This document shows positions 34,401 to 47,753 of a stretch of DNA of 64,000 bases, piece after piece. The DNA lies in assembly GCF_963921235.1 (NCBI RefSeq), contig NC_086108.1, positions 81,532,001 to 81,596,000 on the forward strand, written 5' to 3'. The translations under genes and the position numbers were made by a program. The DNA comes from Mobula hypostoma. Taxonomy: Eukaryota. Position 1 is the first letter of the stretch. Each line of letters begins with the position of its first letter. Below the pieces are notes generated by a model. The model made no database searches. It had not been told where the DNA came from and saw only the letters and a list, made by a program, of their open reading frames with translations.

Positions 34401-35794
34401 CTGCAGGCCAGTCAGGGTTAAAATCAGTCCCTGGTGCCTACAGTCCCTTTGTACTCAATGATTCCAAATTGTTTCAATATACTCACAAGTTTTTAAATAT
34501 AGCACCAACGTGAACAAATTACCAGGAAAATATACATTTCTAAAAGTAAACTCTGACAATTTGAAGTGCAATATTATCTTCAATATTTTGAAAACTTCCA
34601 CAGATCACTTCAGTGGTTTATTTATACCCAGATTTAACTTCCCTGACTTTTCTTCATAAATTCCTGACATGTACAGCTAAGTGAAGACATGTGGCTCGAT
34701 CCTCCTTGTTTGCTGTTTTGGCACATTGGACTCAATTGGTTTATCCCACCATTTTGAGCATTAATACTGTGTATGAAGCCATGCCCTGATTATTCATAGA
34801 TTTACAACCAAGCAAAAGGGACACGTAAAGTGTTTCACAAATTGCAAAGGGATTTGATTTCCCCTTCATACACAACCTTCAGGTTGTGGTGCACAATCTG
34901 CCAAATATTAAGTATGTACATAACAGGATATAGAATTCTAACAATTAGGGAAATGTTATAAATAAGAGTTTTACACACTTAGCCTAAAGCTAAGAGCCTC
35001 CACTAATGTCTGTATTCACGTATTTACAACATATTCCCTCAAATACAAGCTGTAAGTTCCAAAGCCAGGCTTGTTAAAATTTAAGGTTAATTGAGCAGTC
35101 TGTCTTGCATCAAGTCTGCAATCAGACAAGAAACCTTAACGTTGGGACACCTTATAAAAATGTAAAATGAAGTACAAACGTATTATTAGTTTTAATTTTT
35201 GTTTTTTTTTGGTCACTTTGGGTAATACTACATCTTACCAACAGCAGTTATTGAAGTTGGCCTTCCTCGAACGGGAAATGTATTAGCATACAAGCTAGAC
35301 CAGTGTGCTGCAATTGTTATGTTAGCAATCATAGCTTACATGCTGGAGTATGGCTCTGTAAGCAAAGAGACGAATGGCCATATAATCCTGGTATTAACCG
35401 TGGGAGAAATGCTGCTGTGTAAGCAAGCGAGATGCTCCTCACTGGTTTCTTTCTATAGGATGGGAACAAGAGTCCAGAGGAACACTGAGAAAAGTGAGAA
35501 CAAGCCTTGCTCAGAGGAGGCTAGGCACGCAACTTCATGGGGGTGGAGCTAAATGTTTTGCAATGGAAAATTGTAAGTTTTAGAAATATATTGGGACAAG
35601 CTACAGATGAATTTTCTGCTTGGAAGAGTGGGAAATAGATTATTTCACAGAGCTGCTGCATGCATCAACTGATGGACCCTTCGGATAACAACTATCATGG
35701 ATTGAATTTTGTAATATGCTGTTAGTAGTATTATGAAGGGGTAATAGTTAATAGCTATTATTTCTTTAAGTTGACTGCTCTCTTGGTTGCAATG

Positions 35795-36270
35795 TAACAT
35801 AGAGCATTGTACCAGCCCCACAGCTCATGATGTTGTGCCAACTACTTAAGGTACTCTAAGATCAATCTAACACTTCCCTTCTACATAACCTTTGATTTTC
35901 CTGTAATCCATGCGCCTTTCTAAGAGCTTCTTAAATGCCCCTAATGTGTCTTTCCCTACCACCACACCTGGCAGGGTGTTCCATGCACCCCAAGTCTCTT
36001 TGTAAACAACTTACCTCTGACATCCCCTCATACTTTCCTCCAATCACCTTAAAATTATGTTCCCTTGTATTAGCCATTTATGCCTTAGGAGAAACTCTCT
36101 GACTATCCACTTAATCAATGCCTCTTATTGTCTTGTACACCTCTATCAAGTCACTTCTCATCCTCCTTCACTCCGAACAGAAAAGCCCTAAATCTCTCAA
36201 CCTATCCTCATATATGACGTACCCTCTAATCCAGGCAGCATGCTGGTAAACCTCCTCTGCACTTTCTTGC
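35795..36270 (-). mobile_element. CR1 LINE 3' fragment
   Basis: YEDRLRDLGLFCSE and a CR1 3' UTR like 16410-17140. Confidence 0.8.
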
Positions 36271-36971
36271 CATCTGGATCCCAGTGAACTTCTTGGCATA
36301 CTCATTATGTTTTGCTTTCCATTGTTAATGCTTAAGAATCCCACTTTTTTTTTACAATTACCTCTCAGGCTCTTGACCACAATTGTAGTTTCCGAAAATG
36401 TCTGTGGAAGCTAGTTTAATGTGGTTGCTCAGTATTACTTCACTGATTGACCCTCCAATGATAATCTCATTGAATGAAACACTGACTGCCCTGTAAGGTA
36501 CTAATAAATCAACAAGCACTGTGTAGGCATCCAAAAATATTTTGACTGAATGAGTAACTTTCCTCTATTCACAGGTAGTTGTTCAGTTCACTATCACCTC
36601 CTCATGATGCTTCTTTAATGTTGTTAGTGTACAGTTTTTGTTTAACTCATGTTCATGATCTGGGTGACAACAGCACTTACTGTCCACTTATAATAGCACT
36701 AGGAGAGTGATGGTGAGCTGTCACCACTGCAGCCCTGGTGAAGGTACGGAACACTTGCATTGAGAAGGAAATTTCAGGATTTAGACCCAGAAGAACTAGT
36801 GATATATTTGTGAATCTAATAGTGTATGACGTGCTAGTGTCCCATTACTCCTGCTGCCTTTAGCATTCTAGGTGGGAAGTGTTTTTACAGTAACACTTCG
36901 GCCACTGTGCATTGGTGAAGAGAAGGTGCCAATCAATTGTCACCTAAACAATGTTGAACACTAGACACTGT

Positions 36972-37180
36972 TGTTGTTCAGTCGTTACGTCGAGTCTAAT
37001 TCTTTGTGACTTCGTGGACCATAGGATCCATGGGTTTTTGTGGCAGGATACGGAAGTAGATTGCCAGACCTTCCTTCCGCCCAGCTACTGCTGCTGCCCA
37101 GGTTGGGACCTGGCTGGGTTTGAACTCAGGACCATCTGCTTGAAGTCCAGTGCTGATGCCACTACACCACCAGCCGGCCT
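36972..37180 (-). mobile_element. tRNA-headed SINE with Bov-A-like RTE-derived body
   Basis: Head GGTGGTGTAGTGGCATCAGC...GAGTTCAAACCC, GAAGGTCTGGCAATCTACTTCCGTATCCTGCC motif, (CAA)n tail, TSD GACACTGT at 36964-36971 and 37181-37188. Confidence 0.8.
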
Positions 37181-37259
37181 GACACTGTACTTACCCGGGC
37201 AAGCAAAGAATATTTTACCACACTACTAGCTTTTGTCTTGTGGATGGTGGAAATGACTT

Positions 37260-38422
37260 GAATCAGAATCAGAATCAGGTTTATTATCACCGGCATGTGA
37301 CGTGAAATCTGTTGACTTAGCAGCAGCAGTTCAATACAATACATAATCTAGCAGAGAAAAATAAATAATAAATAAAATTTTAAAAATAATAATAATAAAT
37401 AAACAAGTAAATCAATTACAGTATATGTATATTGAATAGATTAAAGACATGCAAAAACAGAAATACTGTATATTAAAAAGAAGTGAGGTACTGTACAAAG
37501 ACTCAATGCCCATTCAGGAATCGGATGGCAGAGAATCTCTGAGTGTGTGCCTTCAGGCTTCTGTACCTCCTACCTGATGGTAACAGTGAGAATAGGGCAT
37601 GCCCTGGGTGTTGGAGTTCCTTAATAATGGACGCTGTCTTTCTGAGACACCGCTCACTGAAGATGTCCTGGATACTTTGCAGGCTCGTACCCAAGATGGA
37701 GCTGACTAGATTTACAACTCTCTGCAGCTTCTTTCAGTCCTGCGCAGTAGCCCCTCCATACCAGACAGTGATGCAGCCTGTCAGAATGCTCTCCATGGTA
37801 CAACTATAGAAGTTTTTTGAGTATATTTGTTGACATGCCAAATCTCTTCAAACTCCTAGTAAAGTATAGCAACTGTCTTGCCTTCTTTATAACTTTTGTA
37901 CATCGATATGTTGGGACCAAGTTAGATCCTCAGAGATCTTGACACCCAGGAACTTGAAATTGTTCACTCTCTCCATTTCTGATCTCTCTGTGAGGATTGG
38001 TATGTGTTCCTTCGTCTTACGTTTTCTGAAGTCCACAATCAGCTTTTTCATCTTACCACATTGAGTGCCAGGTTGTTGCTGCAGCACCATTCCACTAGTT
38101 GGCATATCTCACTCCTATACGCCCTCTCATCAGCACCTGAAATTCTGCCAACAATGGTTGTATTGTCAGCAAATTTATAGATGGTATTTGAGCTATACCT
38201 AGCCACACAGTCATGTGTATACGGAGAATAGAGCAATGGGCTAAGCACACACCCCTGAGGTCCGCCAGTGTTGATCGTCAGTGAGGAGGAGATGTTATCA
38301 CCAATCTGCACAGATTGTGATCTTCCAGTTAGGAAGTCAAGGATCGAATTACAGAGGGAGGTACAGAGGCCCAGGTTCTGCAACTTCTCAGTCAGGATTG
38401 TGGGAATGATGGTATTAAATGA
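37260..38422 (-). mobile_element. Rex1/Babar LINE, 5'-truncated
   Basis: [16 protein letters not shown]...[28 protein letters not shown]; (GAATCA)n tail. Confidence 0.92.
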
Positions 38423-38814
38423 ACTGCCTCTGACCCACGCTTGCAACCACAATATTTATGATCAATGGTGACTTCTGGAATATTGGAGGGAACTTTGCAA
38501 TGATAATGTCATTGAATCCCATGGGAGGCAGCAAAGCTTGTTCTTGTGGTAAGTGTTACTTATCGCTTATCAGTCTATGCATAAATTTTGTTCTTGCATG
38601 TAAGAGTGGTCTGTTTCATTGGCTAATTTGCAAATGGAATTGAATACTGTAAAATGATCAGTGAATCTCCCCACTTCTGGCCTTGTAGTGGAAGGAAGGT
38701 TGTTGATGAAACAGTTGACATGTTTAGGCCTAGGAACCTGGCTTGAGAAATCCATCGAGTGATTTCCTGAGGGCAGGATAATTGATCTCAAACAACAATA
38801 ACCACCTAGAATAA

Positions 38815-39265
38815 ACACGAGAAAGTCTGCAGCTGATAAAATCCAAAGCCACACACACAAAATGCTGGAGGAACTCAGTAGGCTAGGCAGCATCTATGGA
38901 AAAGAATGAACAGTTGATGTTTCGGGCTGAGAAGGAAGGTGGAAGAAGCCAGAATAAAAAAGTGGGAGGAGGGGAAAGAGGCCAGCTGGAAGGTGATAGT
39001 TGAAACCAGATGGGTGGGGAAGGTCAAGGGCTGGAGAAAAAAGAATCTAATAAGAGAGGAGAGTGAACCATAGGCTAAGGGGAAGGAGGAAGGGACCCGG
39101 GGGATTACCGGGAAGTAATAGGCAGGTGAGAAGAAGTAAAAGTTCAGAGTGGGAAATAGAGGAGGGGGGAGTGGGGAATTTGTTTACCCTCAATCCATCA
39201 GGTTGGAAAGTACCCAGATGGAATATAAGGCATTGCTCCTCCACCCTGAGGGCGGCCTCATCTCA
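38815..39265 (-). mobile_element. Penelope-like element 3' remnant
   Basis: EEQCLIFHLGTFQPDGL (Penelope GIY-YIG C-terminal motif), followed by the CTGAGTTCCTCCAGCATTTTGTGTG terminal repeat. Confidence 0.75.
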
Positions 39266-40479
39266 GCACAGAGGAAGCATTGAACTGGCATGTTGGAACA
39301 GGCCTTTACATAAAATATAACTCCTATTACTCTAGTATGATGCTCATTGACTTCAGTTTCACTAGAGCTCTTGTCCAATGCTGCCTTACTATCATGGGGA
39401 GTCACACTTTCTTACCTCCAGAGCCTAGCTCTTCATTCTATGTTTGGCCCAAGGCTGTGACGAAGCCTGGAGCAGAGTGGTCAGCAATACACAAACTGGG
39501 CATTGATGAGAAGGTTGTTAGTGCCACTTGATAGCACGATCAATGATACCTCCCACCATTTTGTTGATGATTTAGAACAGATATATTGGATAATAATTAA
39601 CCTTACTGGATTTTTCCAGCTCTTTTTGTTGCCAGGCAATTTTCCACATTGTTAGGAGTTGCCAGCCTTGCAAATGAACTAGAACAGCTTGCCTGAGTCT
39701 CAGCTAGTTCTGGGATGCTCTGCCAGTAAGACAGCTGGGTTATTGTCTGTTCTGATTGTCCGGTGCTCTCAGTCAGTTCTTTATATCACATATATAATTG
39801 TATTATTGAACAGAGTGAGTTGGGGACTGGTTTCTGTGACGTTGAGGTGGATCATATACTGGACACCGCTGGATGAACTTGCTTGCAAATGTTTCAGCCT
39901 TTTCCTCCTGGGCCCCATGGTTGTTGTGGATAGAGGTGGTCTTGGAACTTACTCTTCTTAACGGTTTATCTTTCTATCTGTCTACTTCTACTCCATAATT
40001 AAGACATTTTTCATCATTTATAAAGAAACACTGCTCTTATAACAAGATTCTTTTATGAAGCCAAACATGTTTTTCTGCCCTGTATTGCAGAATCCTCATG
40101 ATATGTTTTCTTAAGTCAATGTGTGAACCAGTGACCCATCAAATAGCAGTGATTAGTCACAAGGATTACTTCTGACATTTACAGATTTAATTATGTTTAA
40201 TGATTCATATGTCTGGTATGAGAGTCACCATACCCATGCCTGACAAATCAAACAGTTACTGTCAACTCTGGCTCCACCTGCAGGTCAAACACAGAAATGC
40301 ATTGCTTTGTTTATTGAAAGATATATGAGGATATGAGCTTACTTTATTGCTGCTTCCTCCATAAAACTGTTTACATATAGTTAAAATCGTTAATGAAAGG
40401 ATGTATGATTATAAACTACAGATATATAGCACCTTACAGTTTAATGAATAGCTCTCGTTCGACCATCTTCAAGGCGCCT

Positions 40480-40870
40480 TACTGTTTAGTGAATAGTGCC
40501 CTTACCTCTGAGTTAGACAGTTATGCTTTCAAGTCGTGCTCCAAAGCCGGGAACATAAAAATCTGTAAGAGTGCTGCACAGAGTTTCAGGTGAGGACCTT
40601 AAACCAAGATCTTGTACCTCTATTAAGTGGAAGTAAAAGAAATGGTGTCAGTGTATAGAAGAGAACGTGAGCTATGACCATACCCTGTCCGATACTTACC
40701 TCTCAATCACTGTTACTAAATGCAGTCACCACGTTTATGCTATTCATAGGAATTTTCCATGTGTAAATGGGCTGCTGAAATTCTTCTATCAGAACAGTGA
40801 TTATACTTCAAAAAAAGATACCTAATTACTTCTAAAACCTTTTGGAGCATCTGGAAACAGAGATCAAAGC
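40480..40870 (+). mobile_element. SacSINE1/DeuSINE-like ancient SINE
   Basis: CCTCTGAGTTAGA head, GAGTGCTGCAC, TTAAACC...GTGGAAGTAAAAGA Deu-domain-like core and ACAGTGATTATACTTCAAAA tail (recalled consensus). Confidence 0.7.
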
Positions 40871-40919
40871 TATCATGGTCAAATTTCAAAGTTCAAAGTA
40901 AATTTATTATCAAAGTATA

Positions 40920-41453
40920 CATTAGTGGCCACTATATTATGTACAACTACTTGTAAATGCAAAAATTTAATCAGCCAATCATGCAGCAATAAGTCAATGC
41001 ATAAAAGCATGCAGACATGGTCTAGAGGTCCACTTGTTGCTCAGACCAAACATCAGAATGTGAAAGAAATGTGATCTAAGTGACTTTGACCGTGGGATGA
41101 TTGTTGGTGCCAGACAGGGTAGTTTGAGTATCTCAGAAGCTGCTGATCTCCAGGGATTTTGATGCACAACTGTCTCTACAGTTTACAGAGAATGGTGTGG
41201 GGAAAAAAATCCAGTGAATGGCAGTTCTGTGAACAAAAACATCTTGTTAATGAAAGAGGTCAGAGGAAAATGGCCATTCTGGTTTAAGCTGACAGGAAGG
41301 TGACAGTAACTCAAATAACCACATGTTACAACAGTGGTGTGCAGAGGAGCATCCTTGAAGGCACAAGACGTTGAACCTTGAAGTGGATAGGCTACAGCAG
41401 AAAAAGATCAGACCAGATTCCACCCCTATACTTAGTAAAGTGACTACTGAGTG
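40920..41453 (+). mobile_element. Tc1-family internally deleted transposon
   Basis: TA-flanked, with inverted termini CATTAGTGGCCACTATATTA / TAGTAAAGTGACTACTGAGTG and the transposase N-terminus as at 2478. Confidence 0.88.
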
Positions 41454-41614
41454 TATCTTGCCATATAATTCCTTGAGATTCATTTTCTGGCAGGCATTAA
41501 CAGTAAAACAAAGAAATACAATGCAGATTAATTTCTTTTTGGCTAAGTTCTGGTTTGTTACGTATGCCAACCAGCCAGTGATGTAGTGGCATCAGCACTG
41601 GACTTCAAGGCAAG

Positions 41615-42737
41615 TCCCTGGAGAAAATGTTTTGACTTCAAATGACAAGGTTCTTGGATTTAAACAGAAACTGAATCTTTGGAAAAATCATGTTGCAAAA
41701 GGAAATCTCGAAATGTTTCCACCGCTGCTTGGGTTTGAAAGTGAGGAAGGGTATCAGAAAGTCTCGAGTCTTATTGAAAACCACCTGGAAGAACTGCAGA
41801 ACAAAATTGAATGGTATTTTTCCTCCCCTTCAACACAAGTGTACGACTGAGTGAGGGACCCTTTCTCTGAATCTTCAGCTCAGCCTGAGAACTTGACTTA
41901 TAGAGAAGAGAAATAACTTTGTGAGATGCTGTCTGATCGGGCACTCAATGAGATTTACTTATCTGCCCCAGAAAAGTTCTGGATTTCTGTGGAAGAAGAG
42001 TACCTGCCATTCATAGGAAAGCAATGACCATTTTGCAGCAGTTTTCAACTTCTTACATGTGTGAGCAAGCATATTCTTGTTTAACAAGCTTCAAGAGCAA
42101 GGACAGAAATCATTTCATTTCAGTTGAAGGCGAAATTTGTGTGTGCTTATCTTAAGTTCAACCCAGAATTGAGTAATTGCACAGCAAAAAACCAGCACAG
42201 GTTTCACATGCTGGGCCTATATTTGAGCCTGATCATGACACATAGTAAGAAAATGTTATTTCAAAGTTTTGTATAAAATTGTGTCTTAGGCCATATTTTT
42301 ATTCATATTGCTTTGGTTTATGGTTTTTAGTAACTTTACCATTCAACATTGTCAATAAATTTTCATGTTGTAAATAGCATTAATTAAAATCAATTTACAA
42401 CCTTTATTTGAATTAAATCTACCAAGCCCACATTTAGAAAAATTAAATCCCATTTTGGCTTAAGCCAGATATTTAACAGAAATTTATTATGCTTGCCTTA
42501 TGTTTTTAAAATTTATGAAAGGGAAAGAAAGAGGTTAATTTCAAGAAAGGTTGGCTAAAAATTTATTCTATACCCAAAAGAGTACTGACAATTATTTTTG
42601 GATTATTATATCTACAACTTACTGATCACGCTAACATACTGTGAGCTGTAGATATGATAATTTTTACACAGAGGTTCTCCGAGACCTGAAAATTATTTCA
42701 AAGGTTCTTCCAGGGCAGAACGGTTGGGAAAGGCGTG
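41615..42737 (+). mobile_element. hAT (Buster/Charlie-type) transposon, 3' half
   Basis: DKVLGFKQKLNLWK...EMFP...VRDPF...KFWIS...FSTSYMCEQAYS...AQVSH (catalytic and dimerisation region) with stops and frameshifts. Terminal GGTTGGGAAAGGCG. Confidence 0.88.
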
Positions 42738-43805
42738 TCTACATGTAATCACTTTGCTGCTAACTGGCACGATTTTACTGTTCATGTACAATGTAACAAA
42801 GGATCAGGTTACACCTATCCTAGGGGCTGCTTTGAAGAAGAGATCAACCTGTCAAAAGAGCAGCCAATATTTCCAAGATGCACACCTGCTTTGGCAACAG
42901 CCCAGAGCCATCTATTCAAGAAGGACACCAAAAGGTACTCACAAGATCAGGTACTGAGTACTTGGGGAAGTGAAATGAGGGGAGTTCAGGTGTGTAAGGA
43001 CCTAAATCTCCAGCCCTAAAAGCAAGAATTCACATATTTTATGCATAGCCTTTCAAGACAGCGTCCACACAGCTTTGGTGCAATCAGACTCATAACACTG
43101 CTTGAGCCAATGAGTTGAAATGGGACTCAGCAAACAATCAAGTGTACAGCAGACAAAACCAATTTGTTCAGAAAACAGAAATTTGACCTCATAATGTTTC
43201 TTTCTTTTTCAAAACCATGTAACTGGAAGTTGCCTAACTCAGGATTAATGACATGTTCAGGTCAAGTCATAGAAATTCTATGGGGCATTTTTTATTCGGA
43301 GTCCCCTGTGTGAACTGCAAGTGATCTCCACTTGAGGACTGCAAGAATAATTTTGTTCCCTACACAAATCTTCTTTTGGAGCACTCTAAAAGAACATGAA
43401 CCACGTTGTCCTGTTTTTCTCATCAAGGGGTAGCAGCAGAGCAGAAACGAGAAATCTTTGGGCTCCACTACTTTTCCTGACACCTTCTGACAACCCTTTC
43501 TCACCAGTCTCCTGATCCCTCATCAACATCAAATATCCCAACCTCTGTCCATCCTCACAACGTACAGACCTGCTCTGCAGTGCCCCACCACTCCATGCAG
43601 GTGCTACTAGCCTCACACTCCAACCATGTGCCGTCCCACTCCCTGACAACCCCTGCCTCCTGCTTAACAATCACCGCTCCAACCACAGCATCCTCCAAGC
43701 TCCTCTTCTCCACTCCAGCCATATCACATACCATCCCACCCAACAACATGTGGCACCACTCCCCAGCTTTCCCCCCTGACCATGCACAGTACTGCTCCCC
43801 AATTG

Positions 43806-44462
43806 TTTTTTTAGATTATGAGGATGCGCAGTCCTCTTTTATTGTCCTTTAGTAATGCATGCATTAAGAAACAATACAATGTTCCTGCAGAATGATATCA
43901 CAGAAACACAAGACAAACCAAGACTAAAAAAACTGACAAAAACCACATAATTATAACATACAGTTACAACAAAAGCAATACTATAATTTGATAAAGAACA
44001 GGTAAAAAAAAGTCTCAAAGTCTCTCGAAAGTCCCATCATCTCACGCAGACGGTAGAAGGAAGAAAAATTCTCCGTCATGAGCTTCCAGCGCCGCGAACT
44101 TGCCGATGCAGCACACTGGAAGCACCCGACCACAGCCGACTCCGAGTCCATCCGAAAACTTCGAGCCTCCAACCAGCCCTCCGACACTGCACACCGAGCA
44201 CCATCTCTGCCGAGCGCTTCAACCCCAGCCCCGGCAACAGGCAATAGGCAAAGCCGAGGATTTGGGGCCTTCCCCTCCGGAGATTCTGGATCGCACAGTA
44301 GCAGTGGCGGCGAAGCGGGCACTTCAGAAGTTTCTCCAGGTGTTCCTCCATGCTTTTCACAGCTGTCTCCATCAAATCAGGATTGTGCACGGTACCTACT
44401 TACAAATACGATATCATTTCGGAGCGGCCGCGCGCGCTGCGTCACGCTGCCATCTTCTCCTC
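43806..44462 (-). mobile_element. Second copy of the ~650-bp non-autonomous retroelement
   Basis: Starts GGAGAAGATGGCAGCG on the minus strand; collinear with 21000-21668. Confidence 0.8.
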
Positions 44463-46167
44463 CCCTATCAATTTCCCTCCTTCATCATGTACTATCCTGT
44501 CTCCCAATTCTCTCCTCCACAACAATTGCCATCCCTCACGCCTGTTACCTGCAGAATCAAATTCCCTGACTCAAGTGCCATCTGCTTCTTTGATTCTGCC
44601 ATCTTCTTCTTTTTCCCATTGCAAGTGCTGTATCTCCCAAAGTCCTTGAGTGTCTCCTATAAAGCTAGGAACATTGCTGACCCAAGACCTCTCCCCCCAC
44701 CCCCATCTCTCTCTCTCTCCCTCTCTCTCTCTCTTTCTCTCCCCCCTCTCTCTTTCTCCTTCCAACTTGACCCAGGAAATTCTTTAATATTTTGAAATGA
44801 GCAAAGCTTGGATTTTCTTGTGTTAAAGAACAACCAGAGGAATTTTTGTTCCACTGTCATTCCTACACACCCTTTAGAGTGCCCCAGAACTTCTCAGGAA
44901 ATCTGAGGAAAGAACTGCGGAAATGGAAACCACAGCAATTTCTTCCAATAAAAGCTGAATTATTTCTCCAGAAATATGTAGTGAGTGGAAGATAGAGAAT
45001 TGTGCTTGTAATCTGGTGCAGTTTCTGATGGGGGCATTGACCAATGCTTCCATTGTAGTCATTATATTTGCAATGAATTAAGGTATGTTTTCCTTGCCAG
45101 GCAGAGCACATTGAAGAGTGTACAGGAGATACCTGCTCCCTGATCAAACATTCCCAGCACGAGTGTAGGTATAGCATTATTCTGCAGGGATATTATGGCC
45201 AATAAGGTTTATTTTGAAGTATTGTCACAGAAACTGCGAAAACTAATTCACAAATATCAACATGACTGCAGTCCTGATTATCTGACATAGACAGTTACTA
45301 CCGTGACTATTGCTACTTACTCTGGTTTCAGGGATATGAATCTGTAATTCATCCTGTTGTATTTTTTAAATCATGAGGACTGCTCTAATGGATTGTCACA
45401 TTCCATAACCATAAAGATGGTTTCATTAATAACATAAGTGCAATAGCTGGTTAAAACTACACTCACTTCTTTTAAAAGGATGCAACTTCTACATGTGAAA
45501 TCTGTTTGTTGTGCATCAAAACAAAACTAATCCAGTGTGACAGAACCAGCTCTCTCCATGTCGTTTTAATCACAGCTTTTTTCTTGGAAACTGTGCATCC
45601 TGCAGCATAAGCGGAAAGAAAATTCTGAAAATAAGAGGAGCATGGAAAAAAGCCTTCAACCCATTTTATTTGGCCTGGCCCTTGAAAGAGTGGACTATTT
45701 TGTGGCAGTTGCTTACTATTTTTCCATAGCAAAATTCTCCCCTACAGATTTTCCCAATCAAATCCTCCATTTCATGCCATTGATATCAATAGGAGGGGTA
45801 ATTTTATACTCTGGTGTGCGTGACAGTGCCATTAGGCCTATGCTTTTGTAGACCTGGCTTTAACCGACATTACTAACGAAAAACGCTCAGCAGTGACAAT
45901 GGGATCACAGGGTTCAAGACGTACAACAAAGCTGGAAAATTAGCATTCCTCGTTAAACTCACTTTACTGGAAAGTATTCTTAGACCTGACATCTTATTTG
46001 AAGTCCTTGTGATTCCTGATTATAGTCATGTGTTAATTGTAGAAAGCCCAAAGCAATTTCCAGACAATAAGGTTTATTTTGAAGTGTTGTCACATAGAAA
46101 CCGTGAAAGGCAATTCTCAACATGACTGCAGACATAATTATCCAACAGGTATGTGGATAGTCACTAC

Positions 46168-46334
46168 AACGCACACAAAATGCTGGAGGAACTCAGCAGG
46201 CCAAGCAGCACCAATTGAAAAGGGTACAGTCGACTGTACTCTTTTCCATAGATGCTGTCTGGCCTGCTGAGTTCCTCCAGCATTTTGTGTGTGTTGAGTG
46301 GATTTGCAGCATCTGCAGATTTTCTCTTTGTGAT
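46168..46334. mobile_element. Penelope-derived fold-back mini-element
   Basis: Inverted repeat 46167-46296 centred on GTC|GAC. Exact 14-bp TSD TGGATAGTCACTAC at 46154-46167 and 46335-46348. Confidence 0.85.
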
Positions 46335-46459
46335 TGGATAGTCACTACTGCGACTATTGGTACTTAGTCTGGTTTCAGCCCAGTGGTTTGGTGGTATCCA
46401 GTGACAGCCAAATACTAACTTCCATTTTCACCATCCTGCCCAATGCAGCTGGGAATGTT

Positions 46460-46748
46460 ATAGACAATAGACAATAGGTGCAGGAGTAGGCCATTCTGCC
46501 CTTCGAGCCAGTACCACCATTCACTGTGATCATGGCTGATCATCCACAATCAGTATCCTTTTCCTGCCTTCTCCCCATATCCCTTCACTCCACTATCTTT
46601 AAGAGCTCTATCTCTTTCTTGAAAGAATCCAGAGAATTGGCCTCCGCTGCCTTCTGAGGCAGAGCATTCCACAGAACCTCAACCCTCTGTGTGAAAAAGT
46701 TTTTCCTCAACTCCGTTCTAAATTGTCTACCCCTTATTCTTAAACTGT
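46460..46748 (-). mobile_element. CR1 3' end (same subfamily as 29669)
   Basis: (CAATAGA)n tail; LRIRGRQFRTELRKNFFTQRV. Confidence 0.88.
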
Positions 46749-47105
46749 TATCTCCCAGCCTATGCTCCAGAGGCCAGCCCTTCTTCCAGGGATCTAGGCT
46801 GGTTCCTGAATGGAGTCCTCCAGTCATAGGAGTTCCCAGGAAGCTTCAGAATCTCTGGTTCAACCTGGAACTCACTGGGGAGGCTGATGGATAATATGAT
46901 TGGGAAGTGGTGAGGCATGTAGGGGGGATTAGGTCTGGGTGGGAGACTTGATGTTCAGAATCATACCGTAAAGCCTGGTTGTAAGTTTCACATAATTTTT
47001 GCCATTCACAATTCTTTAGCGAAACTAAAAATATTCATTAATTTCAATCAAACAGATCAAAAATGGAGGACATATCACACTTAAATTTCATTTTATTGTA
47101 ATGTA

Positions 47106-47753
47106 TGTAATGCCCTGTGTAAGATTTCTATTACTGTGCTGTGAGGTATTTTTATTCTCTCAGTTTTCTGTAAAAGCAGTGTGTCCTGCTAGTAAGAGTT
47201 TTTTGGCTTCTGCTAAGGGTGAGGAGCCATGTTGGCCAACTTAAGAATGTTTCTAGCAGAGTCAATTTATTCAGGGTTGTCTTTGAGGGAAGTCAGATCT
47301 GCGGTTAGTGTCCCTCATGCAGAACGTGGGTTCAGCGCATGAGTGAAGTGATACACCCAACTACTCCAGAAAGGAGCTCCAATGTTTATGTGCACATTGG
47401 AGTGGTTTAATGTAATGGGCCCTTCTATCTTTCTTTTCTTTTTCTGTAGCTGTTTGTTGAAATTGAAAAATTGGTAAATATATTTCCTTTGTAATTTTAT
47501 GCTGGTGCACAATCTGTTATATTTCTGGTGAATGATAACTCTGCGTGGGGCAGTGCTTAAACAGCATTCGTTACAATCAGTCTTCCTTAATCGGAACATC
47601 CCAACTTTCCTGTTTGGTTGAACCCCAAATCATTCCAACCCTAGACGTGTATTGTTTATGAAAGGTAGCCTTCTCACTGCTGAGTCACGTGGCTGCCAGC
47701 AGAGTTAGCTAACAAGCCAAGTTGGTGTACCAGCCCCAGTGAGAGGGTTACCA
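47106..47753. mobile_element. Probable solo LTR
   Basis: Inverted termini TGTAATGCCCT...GAGGGTTACCA, ~650 bp and non-coding. TSD is not clean. Confidence 0.5.

Noticed and set aside
43981..44795. Cluster of 100-231 aa ORFs
   Set aside because: Artefacts of the GC-rich ~650-bp repeat and the adjacent CT-rich tract; the frames are not conserved in the second copy.
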